Source of the DNA: Octopus sinensis
Lineage: Eukaryota
Reading direction: 5' to 3'
Assembly: GCF_006345805.1 (NCBI RefSeq)
Contig: NW_021836201.1
Span: 1-26,119 of the forward strand
DNA length: 26,119 nucleotides
Positions 1 through 9,547 of the stretch are shown here, piece after piece; the first letter of the stretch is position 1; each line of letters begins with the position of its first letter. The notes under the pieces were generated by a model, which saw nothing but the letters and a program-made list of their open reading frames with translations, was not told the DNA's origin and searched no databases. The position numbers were made by a program, and so were the translations under genes.

Positions 1-590
1 GAAATAACCCGGAAATCACAATACACTGATATTGTTTTGAGCTGAGTTGGGGTGCTAGATTCCCTTGTTCGAAAATAAAAGGACACAGATCGTATCGTAT
101 AGCCAGCTGGAGACGATATCTCCTGGGGCTAAATTACAGCAACATTAGTCCTAAACCAGGACTGCCATGTTATGTTGGCAAACAATCTTTACTACAAAGT
201 ACTGTTGCTGAATATCTCACGTTGTGAGACTTGAAAAAGGTAATTTTTCTAATTTATAAATCAGTGACTAGTTGTCACTTTGAAAACTATATATTTCAAA
301 CGGGAATTTGGCAGCACCACCTCTAGCCAAGCAGTTATTCTGTGCTGATGAAGAGAAATAACCCAGATACAGTTTTGAGCTGAGTGGGGGTGCTATATTC
401 CCTTGTTCAAAAATAAACGGACACAGATCGTGTCATATAGCCAGCTGGAGATGATGTCTCCTGGGGCTAAATTACAGCAACATTCGTCCTAAACCAGGAC
501 TGACATGTTATGCTGGCAAATAATCTTTACTCCAAAATACTGTTGCTGAATATCTCTCATTGTGAGATTTACAAATAGTAATTTTCTATT
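1..590 (+). repeat. ~340-354 bp head-to-tail tandem repeat (1 full and 1 partial unit), hairpin-rich, retrozyme-like
   Basis: gaaataaccc at 1 and 355; ttttgagctgag...tgtgaga body repeated with scattered substitutions and a 16-nt deletion in unit 2; CTGATGA at 345-351; multiple internal inverted repeats. Confidence 0.85.
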
Positions 591-610
591 TTTTTTGTTT
601 TATATTTTAT

Positions 611-726
611 CCTGGTACTTATACTATTGGCTCCGTTTGTTGCAGTGCTAAGTTATGGGTTTGTAAACACCAGCACTGGTTGTCAAGTGGTGTTGAGGGA
701 TAAACACACACACAAACACACACATG
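611..726 (-). mobile_element. SINE family A, degenerate 3'-half fragment
   Basis: Aligns by eye to the full copies at 7712-8164 and 16151-16560. Confidence 0.7.
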
Positions 727-765
727 TAATTCTTTCCCCAATAAACAACAGCACTTTGTATTCAA

Positions 766-846
766 GGCTCTGATGAAGCTATGAGGTGTTACACAGGCAT
801 TCAACTATGAGTCTGCTGCCTCTTGTAGCAGAAACAGCTGTAAGCT
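766..846 (+). ncRNA. Type I hammerhead ribozyme (candidate)
   Basis: CTGATGA 770-776; 9-bp stem II 778-786/821-829; GAAA 831-834; palindromic stem III ACAGCTGT 834-841; GUA site 840-842; stem I 766-769/843-846. Confidence 0.7.
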
Positions 847-870
847 AATGAAGTTTATAGGATGAATTGA

Positions 871-1073
871 CTCTCTTATTTTTTTTTACTTGTTTCACTC
901 ATTTGACAGTGGCCATGCTGGAGCACCACCTTTAGTTAAACAAAATGACATCAGGACTTATTCTTTGTATGCCTACTACTTATTCTATCAATCTCTTTTG
1001 CTGAACCACTAAGTTAGGGAGACGTAAACACACCAATGTCAGTGTCAACCAGGTGGGGGAACAAACACATACA
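871..1073 (-). mobile_element. SINE family A, 3' half
   Basis: ttttacttgtttca...ggccatgctggagcacc...gacgtaaacacacc motifs shared with the other copies. Confidence 0.8.
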
Positions 1074-1109
1074 TTATATATATATATATATATACAAGGC
1101 ATATATATG

Positions 1110-1155
<46 letters not shown>

Positions 1156-1301
1156 GTATGAAAAGCACCATCAAATCATGGTTGATGCCAGCTCCCTCTG
1201 GCTCCTGTGCCAGTGGCATGTAAAAAGCACCCACTACACTCTTGGAGTGGTTGGCATTAGGAAGGGCATCCAGCTGTAGAAACACTGCCAGATAAGACTG
1301 G
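1156..1301 (+). mobile_element. RTE 3'-tail fragment (family B)
   Basis: aaaagcacccactacact...ttaggaagggcatccagctgtagaaac matches the RTE tail at 15500-15683. Confidence 0.8.
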
Positions 1302-1309
1302 CATATATA

Positions 1310-1446
1310 TCATCATCATCGTTTAACATCCGTTCTCCATGCTAGCATGGGTTGGACGGTTCGACCGGGGATCTGGAAAGCCAGAAGGCTGCACCAGGCT
1401 CCGGTCTTATCTGGCAATGTTTCTACAGCTGGATGCCCTTGCTAAC
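1310..1446 (-). mobile_element. RTE 3'-tail fragment (family B), inverted relative to the preceding copy
   Basis: (cat)n followed by cgtttaac...ccatgctagcatgggttggacgg, the reverse complement of the RTE tail. Confidence 0.85.
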
Positions 1447-1475
1447 ATATATATATATATATATATATATATGAC

Positions 1476-2300
1476 TCCAATTAACTCAGTGTCACAGGTG
1501 CCAAGCTGTATCAGCCTCTTTGCCTTTGCCTTGTATAACATCAGTGCCATGGTAACAGGAGGCTTGGATGCATGGGTGATTGCTGGTCTTCCATTATCAA
1601 CCTTGCCTGGACCTGTGCCTCAGAGGATAACTTTCTAGGTGCAATCCCATGGCCATTTGTGACCATAGGGGATCTATACCTTATATACAAATATGTGAAG
1701 GTGAATAGCTCAGTGGTTTGAGCATCAAACTTACAATAGTAAGGTTGTATGTTCAATTCTCGATCCAGGCTGCATGTTGTGTTCTTGAGCAAGGCACTTT
1801 ATTCCACGTTGCTCCAATTCACTCAGCTGTAGAAATGAGTTGTGACATCACTGATGCCAAGCTGTATCGGCCCCTTTGCCTTTCCCTTGGATAACATTGG
1901 TGGCGTGGAGAGGGGAGGCTGGTATGCATGGGTGACTGCTGGTCTTACATAAACAACCTTCCTTAGACTTGTGCCTCGGAGGGTAACTTTCCAGATGCAA
2001 TCCCATGGTCATTCATGACCGAAGGGCGTTTTTACCTTATATACAAGGTAAATGGCTCAGTGGTTAGAGCATCAAACTTACAATAGTGAGGTTGTGCGTT
2101 CAATTCTCAGTCCAGGCTGTGCATTGCGTTCTTGAGCAAAACACTTTATTTCATGTTCACTCAGCTGTAGAAATGAGTTGCGACCAGACTGGTGCCAAGC
2201 TGTATCGGCCTTTGCCTTTCCCTTGGATAACATCGGTGGCATGGAGAGGAGAGGCTGGTATGCATGGAGCACTGCTGGTTTTCCATGAACAACCTTGCCT
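1476..2300 (+). mobile_element. Three head-to-tail copies of tRNA-derived SINE family F (1476-1682 5'-truncated, 1698-2038 full, 2045-2300 interrupted)
   Basis: A box tagctcagtgg 1706-1716, B box gttcaattct 1751-1760; period about 347 bp; shared ccttatatacaa junctions. Confidence 0.85.
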
Positions 2301-2778
2301 GTTATTTTGATGATGATGTTGATATTGATGTTGCTCTCATTGTTGTCATTCTTATACATAAATCACGGCAAAAGATATATCCAAGAATGAGATGTTTCTT
2401 TGCAAAGGAAAGACGGAGATATTTTCAAAAGATACGATGTGCTACTGGAGAATGATGAAGGGTGTTGTGTGATGTATTGGGGGGGAGTAGAGTGGTGTGT
2501 AGTAGTGGGCAAGGCTGGAAATACAAACTACGATACCAATTTGTTGGACATTTTTTTTTCCCTTTATCTCTTTTCCTTGTAGTTCTTTATCTCACTCTCC
2601 TACATTTTTATTGTTATTATTATTATTATTATTATTATTGTTTGTTATATTATTATTATTATCATTCTTATTATTATTATTGCTATTGTTATCATTATTA
2701 TTATTAATATTATCATCATCATTATTATTATTATTATTATTATTGCTATTATTATCATTATTATTATTATTATTATTG
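2301..2778 (+). mobile_element. Unclassified repeat J: ~306-bp body plus (TTA)n tract
   Basis: Near-identical inverted copy at 4297-4788; no convincing ORF. Confidence 0.6.
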
Positions 2779-3318
2779 AGTGAGAGAGCAGTGCATGCCA
2801 TCAAAGTAACACTGGGGTAAAACATACGAAGCCCAATATACCCATCATGACTATCCGTCTGATAAGGTACACCAGGCACATGCATCACAACCATATGTGC
2901 GCGACATGGTGATCTCATATCAAGATAAACAGCACATGACCTTGCAAGTGGGGCCCAGTTAGAATTTTCTTCTAGGTTGAGTAGCCCATCCCACTCAAAA
3001 GGTCCCTGAATAAGGGTTGTTTAAGGATGTTGAAAGAACCACCCATGTTTCCAGAGGTGAACTATTCAAACCCCAAAGATCCCTCTCAACACATGGCTAT
3101 GATGCTCCCCCACTACTTTGCTCGTGATCAGAGATGCACATATCGTCAGCCCTAAGGGACATGCTCAACTGGTTAAGGTCAAACAACTGACAAAGCACAT
3201 CTGTGGTATTGAGCAGAATATTGCTGTAGCCCATCTTTTATACCAGACAAAACAATTGTACATGATAACACTTCCAATCAGTAAGATCAGAGCCACTGCC
3301 TGTTACTTCATCAGGGCA
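2779..3318 (-). mobile_element. Unclassified retroposon-like repeat E embedded in a (TTA)n tract
   Basis: Non-simple sequence bounded by (tta)n on both sides; resembles a recalled abundant octopus repeat; family not verified. Confidence 0.5.
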
Positions 3319-3383
3319 TTTATTATTACTATTATTATCATTATTATTATTATTATCATTATGAAAGAAAAGAAACCTTGTTG

Positions 3384-3480
3384 TTCCATAAACAACCTTG
3401 CCTGGACATGTGCCTCAGAGGGTGACTTTCTAGGTACAATTTCATGGTCGTTCTTGACCGAAAAGGGTTTTTACCCTTTT
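3384..3480 (+). mobile_element. 3' remainder of SINE family F
   Basis: ttccataaacaaccttgcctggacatgtgcctcagagggtgactttctagg matches the 3' part of the copy at 1698-2038. Confidence 0.8.
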
Positions 3481-3977
3481 AGCAATGCCATGTTGAGGAC
3501 TGAGGAGTTATTTTTCTGGCTGGAGAAAGGTGATATGGGCAGGACTAGAGTTGTACAGAAGCACGAAGAAATTGAAAGAAAAGAAGAAAAACGAGGAAAG
3601 AATAGGAGGAAAGGAAGGAAATGGATGAAGGCTTGAAAAGATGAAAGAGAGAATGAAAAAAGAAAGAATGGAATGCATGGAGGGCTTACTATGGGAATTG
3701 ATAGGGAAAGAATGAGTAAAAGGGTTTATGTCTCTATGGATGCTTGGACCAGTATCTCAGGATGTACTTTAGCTTGTGGAAATACTTTTGATGGGAAGAG
3801 TCACATGAAACTAATTCAACAGATAGATTTAATGGAATGAATTTGAAAGGAGTAAGAGGAAGAAATTGAAGAAAATGAAGAAGAACAATTGGAAGGAAAA
3901 GAAAGAAAAGGAAAGAAAAGGATGAAGAAACCAGAAAGAAGTTGACAAAGGAAAGGAAGAGAGGAGAATAACAATGC

Positions 3978-3982
3978 TACTA

Positions 3983-4022
<40 letters not shown>

Positions 4023-4121
4023 TAATAATAATGGGAAGAAGAAGAAGAAGAAGAAGAAGAAGAAGAAGAAGAAGAAGAATTGGAAGAAGAAGAAGAATTG
4101 GAAGAAGAAGAAGAAGAAGAA

Positions 4122-4152
<31 letters not shown>

Positions 4153-4303
4153 AAATGAAGAAGAATTGGAAGAAGGAGAAGAAGAAGATGAATTGGAAGA
4201 AGAAGAAGAAGAAGAAGAAGAATTGGAAGGAAAAGACCAAATCAGAGAAGAGGAATTGGAAGATGATGATGGGAAGAAAGAATTAGAACAAAGATTCTTT
4301 TCT

Positions 4304-4340
<37 letters not shown>

Positions 4341-4354
4341 TAATAATAATGATG

Positions 4355-4400
<46 letters not shown>

Positions 4401-4466
4401 TGATGATGATAATAATAATGATGATAATAATAATAATAATAAAAAAAATAATAATAATAGTAATAA
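3978..4466. repeat. (AAT)n / (GAA)n / (AAT)n trinucleotide microsatellite complex
   Basis: Directly visible. Confidence 0.95.
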
Positions 4467-4788
4467 TGTAGGAGAGTGAGATAAAGAACTACAAGGAAAA
4501 GAGATAAAGGGAAAAATTGGTATCGTAGTTTGTATTTCCAGCCTTGCCCACTACTACACACCACTCTAACCCCCCACCAATACATCACACAACACCCTTC
4601 ATCCTTCTCCAGTAGCACTTCGTATCTTTTGAAAATATTTCCGTCTTTCCTTTGCAAAGAAACATCTCATTCTTGGATATATCTTTTGCCGTGATTTATG
4701 TTGAAGTCAAAACCACTGAGTATAAGAACGGTGAAGACGAACAACGACCAGAACAACAACAATATCAACATTGTCGTCAAAATAACAG
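4297..4788 (-). mobile_element. Second, inverted copy of repeat J
   Basis: 4465-4788 is the reverse complement of 2299-2606 apart from two or three indels and a few substitutions. Confidence 0.85.
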
Positions 4789-4804
4789 CAGACACATTAT
4801 ACAA

Positions 4805-5390
4805 TACACAAATATATATATACATGCAGATATCTATATGTATGTATATATGTATGTTTATATGTATGTGTGTATGTATGTATGAGTGTATATGTGTCTA
4901 TGTGGTATATATCTATATATTTGTGTAGATATGTGTATCTGTGTGTGTATATATGTATGTATGTATGTATGTATATGTATGTATGCATGTGTGTATACAC
5001 ATCTACATATATGTATTTATATATATATATATATAAATATATATACATAGATATCTATGTATTTGTATATATATATATGTATATATGTATATATATATAT
5101 ATATATATGTGTATATATATATATATGCGTATGTATATATATATATATATATAAATACACACAGTATGCATATATGTACACATATACAAACTGTATACTT
5201 ATATACATAAATGTATATGTATATACACATACACACACATATAATTTCATACACGCTTTCTCTCTTACCTTCTATTTTCCTCCCCTTTTCTCTTTCTCTC
5301 CTGGTCACTCTCCTCCTCCTCCCACCCTCTCCCTCTCTCACTCTTTCCTATTCTCTCTCTGTCTGTCTGTCTGTCTCTCTCTCTCTGCCT
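4805..5390. repeat. (TA)/(TG)/(CA) followed by (CT)/(CTGT) microsatellites
   Basis: Directly visible. Confidence 0.95.
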
Positions 5391-5634
5391 CTCGCTTTCC
5401 TCATCTCTTCATCTTCTGGCACCAAAATGTCTTTTATTGACGGACATGTCTCCCACAATAAACCATTCCTTGCTAATCGTTCCACTTCCAAAAGAGATTC
5501 TGCCTCTTCTGCGTGACAAGACGAAACACAAGAAATGAAAGAGAAAAGAAAGAAAGAAAAAAAAAACATACACTAATGTTTTTTTGTGTGTGCTAACCTT
5601 TGTGTTGTGGTCTATTGTTAAGCCATGTGTGTTT

Positions 5635-6068
5635 CTATCTATCCATCCATCTATCTATCTATCTGTCTATCTATCTATCTTTCCATCTATCTATCTATCT
5701 GTCTGTCTATTTATCTATCTTCTTTCCATCTATCTAGCTATTTATCTATCTACTATCTTTCCATCTATCTATCTTTCCATCTATTTATCTATCTGCCTAT
5801 CTATATCTACTCTCTACTGCCTATCTATCTATCTATCTATCTACTATCTCTTATCTGTCGATCTATCTGTCTATCTATCCATCTATCTATTTATCTATCT
5901 GCCATCTATCTATCATCTATCTGCTATCTATCTATTTATCTATCTGCCTATCTATCTATCTATATCTATCTATCTATCTATCTATCGCCTATCTATCTAT
6001 CTATCTATCTATCTGCCTATCTATCTATCTATCTATCTATCTGCCTTCTATCTATCTATTGATCTGTC
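5635..6068. repeat. (CTAT)n degenerate tetranucleotide microsatellite
   Basis: Directly visible. Confidence 0.95.
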
Positions 6069-6079
6069 TATAGCTGTCG

Positions 6080-6088
6080 CTCCCTCTT

Positions 6089-6144
<56 letters not shown>

Positions 6145-6146
6145 CA

Positions 6147-6198
<52 letters not shown>

Positions 6199-6830
6199 AT
6201 ATATATATATATACATATCTATATACATATATTATATATATATATCAATATATGTATGTTGTTTATAGATATATATATATATTCTATATTATGTATTTAT
6301 TATATTATATACATACAGATATGCAAGTATATATGTATATGAATATATATATTATGTGGTGTGTGTGTATGTATATGGGTATGTACATATCCATACATGT
6401 GTACTCACGCACACACACATGCACATAAAACCCATACCAGCATGGCAAACAGGCATTAATGATGCTACTGATGCATACATACATATACATATATTATATA
6501 TATATATATATATATATAATGTAGCACATCTATATTTGTATATGTGGTGTATATTGAGTGTGTGTAATATACGTGTTTTTGTGGTATGTATATATGTGTG
6601 TGGTGTGTGTGTATGTTTATATACTGTGTATGTGGGTGTGTCTATATGTGTGTGATATATATGTATTTATATATGTGTGTGTGTGTATGTATGTATGTAT
6701 ATGTATGTATGTACCACACACCCCACATATATATATACTATATATACGTGTGTGTGTGTATGTATATATGTGTGTGTGTGTGTGTATGTATATATATATG
6801 TATGTGGGTGTGTATATATGTGTGTGTATG

Positions 6831-6861
<31 letters not shown>

Positions 6862-7135
6862 ATGTATGTATGTATATGTATGTATGTACACACACACACA
6901 CACATATATATATATACATATATATACGTGTGTGTGTATGTATATATGTGTGTGTGTGTGTGTGTATGTATATATATATGTATGTGGGTGTGTATATATG
7001 TGTGTGTATGTATATATATATATATGTGTGTGTGTGTGTATGTATGTATGTATATGTATGTATGTACACACACACACACACATATATATATATACATATA
7101 TATACGTGTGTGTGTATGTATATATACACATACAC
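6080..7135. repeat. Dinucleotide microsatellite field with a ~179-bp higher-order repeat (6670-7135)
   Basis: Marker acgtg at 6746, 6926 and 7104. Confidence 0.9.
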
Positions 7136-7454
7136 ACAAAGGCAGGCACACGTAGAATGCAAACAAAAGCATAAGACCCAGGAAAAAAGCATAACAAGAA
7201 CAACAACAACAACACAGAGAAGATAAATGGTTCCTCTGTAAAACTGGAATAAAACTGAAGACAAGAGGAAGGAAGACAGAAAGGAATTAAGGAAGGATGA
7301 GAGAATCTGAAGACTCAATCTTAAATGAAGAATTAGTGAAAAACATGAAGCGACGCACTGGAAGAGGACATAAAAATTGGTAATTGGCAAAGAAGGGAAT
7401 GGGTGTGGGCAGTGGGGGGGGGTGTTTGAGGTGTCGGTAAGCTTTTATTTCAAT

Positions 7455-7688
7455 AAGGCGACCATGGCAGAACGTTAGCACGACCGGGCGAAATGCGTAG
7501 CGTATTTCGTTTGCCGTTACGTTCTGAGTGCAAAATTCCGCCGAGGTCGACGGCCTTTCATCCTTTCTGGGTCGATAAATTAAGTACCCAGTGCGCACTG
7601 GGATCGATATAATCGATTTAATCTCGTTTGTCTGTCCTGTTTGTCCTCTCTTGTGTTTAGCCCCTTGTGGGTAGAAAGAAATAGGTAT
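7455..7688 (+). mobile_element. tRNA-derived SINE family G
   Basis: A-box-like tggcagaacgttag, degenerate B box gtgcaaaattcc, central gtcgac...cctttcatcc...gtcgataaattaagtacc motif recalled from metazoan tRNA SINEs. Confidence 0.7.
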
Positions 7689-7711
7689 CCCTCTTTTGCT
7701 GGAGTTGTAGT

Positions 7712-7918
7712 ACTCTTTATTCTTTTACTTGTTTCAGTCATGTGACTGTGATCGGCCATGCGGAGCACCACCTTTAGTCGAGCAAATTGGCCCCAGGACT
7801 TATTATTTGAAAGCCTAGTGCTTATTCTTTTGGACTCCTTTGCCGAACCGCTAAGTTATGGGGACATAAACACATCCAGCATCGGTTGTCAAGCAATGTT
7901 GGAGGAACAAACACAAAC

Positions 7919-7994
<76 letters not shown>

Positions 7995-8164
7995 ATATAT
8001 ACGATGGGCTTCTTTTCAGTTTCCGTCTACCAAATCCACTCACAAGCTTTGGTCGGCCCGAGGCTATAGTAGAAGACATTTGGCCAAGGTGCCACGCAGT
8101 GGGACTGAACCCAGAAGCATGTGGTTGATAAGCATGCTACTTACCACATATCCACTCCTGTGCC
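7712..8164 (-). mobile_element. SINE family A, full length
   Basis: tRNA-like head at the right end, internal (TA)n, taaaagag-repeat tail at the left end. Confidence 0.9.
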
Positions 8165-8406
8165 ATTATCATTTAATGTCCCCTTTCCATGCTGGCATGG
8201 GTTAGATGGTTTGACTGGAACTTGTAAGCTGGAGGGCTGCTCCAGGTTCCAGTCTGATTTGGCATAATTTTCGATGGCTAGGCACCCTTCCTAATGCCAA
8301 CCACTCCAAGAGTGTAATGGGTGCTTTTTATGTGCCACTGGCATGGGTGCCATTTACATGACACCGGCAGTGCCATGACTACGATTTCATTTGGCTTGAC
8401 AAGTCT
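8165..8406 (-). mobile_element. Diverged RTE 3'-tail copy (family B variant)
   Basis: ccatgctggcatggg...cccttcctaatgccaaccactcc...gggtgctttttatgtgcc. Confidence 0.75.
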
Positions 8407-8600
8407 AATCATGCATAAATATATATATATATATATATATATGAGTCTAGGACGTTTACCCCTGAGGACAACAGTTGATGGTTTAAAACTTCTTAATATA
8501 TTGGAGATGGGGTAATTAACCAAGGGGGGTAATTGTACTAAAGGGTAGTTGTCGTTGTGGGGGAGGGGATTGTCCTGATATGGTATATATATATATATAT

Positions 8601-9113
8601 AAGTAGATAAATGGTACAACAAGGCACTGCTATTTACTGGAAAATAGCAATTGTGATAAATACAATGCTATTGTATAGCTTCACTGTGTATATACTAGCA
8701 AAGACGCGTGTGTGCAACAAACATGAAAAAATTTTGTCTTACCTCTATGAAGAACATCCGATATATGGAAAACCTAGAATCGGATAATGCAGGACCGGTT
8801 TCTGACTCTTCAAATACGTTTGACAACGTAGATTTGATTTGTCCTCATCAGCTGCATATACCTAGACAAAATTTCAAATGTTGCCACATCTATGCCAGTA
8901 CACTCGTCTGAACGCCAAAACGTTAACAGAACAAGAACAGTGAAGAAGATTCAATGAAAATAATAATGCAATACGAGAGTATTTTTTTCATGTTTGTTGC
9001 ACACACAAGTCTTTGCTAGTATATACACAGTGAAGCTATACATTAGCATCGTATTTATATCGATTGCTATTTTCCAGTAAATATTGGTGCCTTGTTGTAC
9101 CATTTATCTACTT
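8601..9113. mobile_element. MITE with ~130-bp terminal inverted repeats, TA context
   Basis: 8601-8732 is the near reverse complement of 8981-9113. Confidence 0.85.
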
Positions 9114-9189
9114 TTATATGTACAATTTTACCCTTATGGGGCTGTCTTTTACTGGAAAGCAATACATTTGTATTGCATTATTATTTTCA

Positions 9190-9226
<37 letters not shown>

Positions 9227-9360
9227 CGGAGATGTACTTGCATAGCAAGTGACCTGATCTGAGATCGTGTGCTAGAACAAAACAATTGCAGTGTGGAAGG
9301 TGTTTATAAGCCATTTAAGAAACAGACAAAAACTGTTAGATTCACTTCAACATTTAAATT

Positions 9361-9469
9361 TAATTTGCCAAAATATTTTCGTCGCTTTGAGACTGCGACC
9401 TGTTCAATGACAAAATTCCGTGGTGAACAGGTCGTGGTCTTAAAGCGACGAAAATATTTTGGCAAATTA
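9361..9469. other. 46-bp inverted repeat with 17-nt loop (second copy at 10525-10632)
   Basis: Arms 9361-9406 and 9424-9469; three mismatches, all G-U compatible on the + strand. Confidence 0.9.
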
Positions 9470-9547
9470 AGGATTTTACCTTTTGACTGACAGATTTAAA
9501 AAATAATTTTTTGTAACTAAACACTTTCAGACTTCGTATACTTGTAG

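Noticed and set aside
93-118. Apparent compensatory change in the tatcgt/acgata stem (tgtcat/atgatg in unit 2)
   Set aside because: The paired change is CpG to CpA and CpG to TpG, explainable by deamination, so it is not counted as covariation evidence
345-382. C/D box snoRNA (TGATGA...CTGA)
   Set aside because: Only about 37 nt between boxes and no terminal stem; the hammerhead reading fits better
3274-3318. Minus-strand CUGAUGA plus 5-bp stem (agtaa/ttact)
   Set aside because: Followed by GAUU rather than GAAA; no stem III or cleavage site
3118-3636. 172-aa ORF
   Set aside because: Runs across three unrelated repeats (E antisense, ATT tract, SINE F tail)
2299-4788. Single large TIR transposon
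   Set aside because: No external TSD, and the interrupted SINE F resumes inside the spacer rather than after 4788
2462-7390. Many long ORFs (poly-Y/I/L/N/E/R, YIYI, CVCV)
   Set aside because: They are translations of di-, tri- and tetranucleotide microsatellites that lack stops by construction
8445-8580. Small MITE with gggggtaatt/ggacaa motifs
   Set aside because: Terminal inverted match is too weak to define an element
8815-8851. Minus-strand CUGAUGA...AAACGUA hammerhead look-alike inside the MITE
   Set aside because: G12 is missing and stem I has only about 2 pairs; could be a relic but is not supportable
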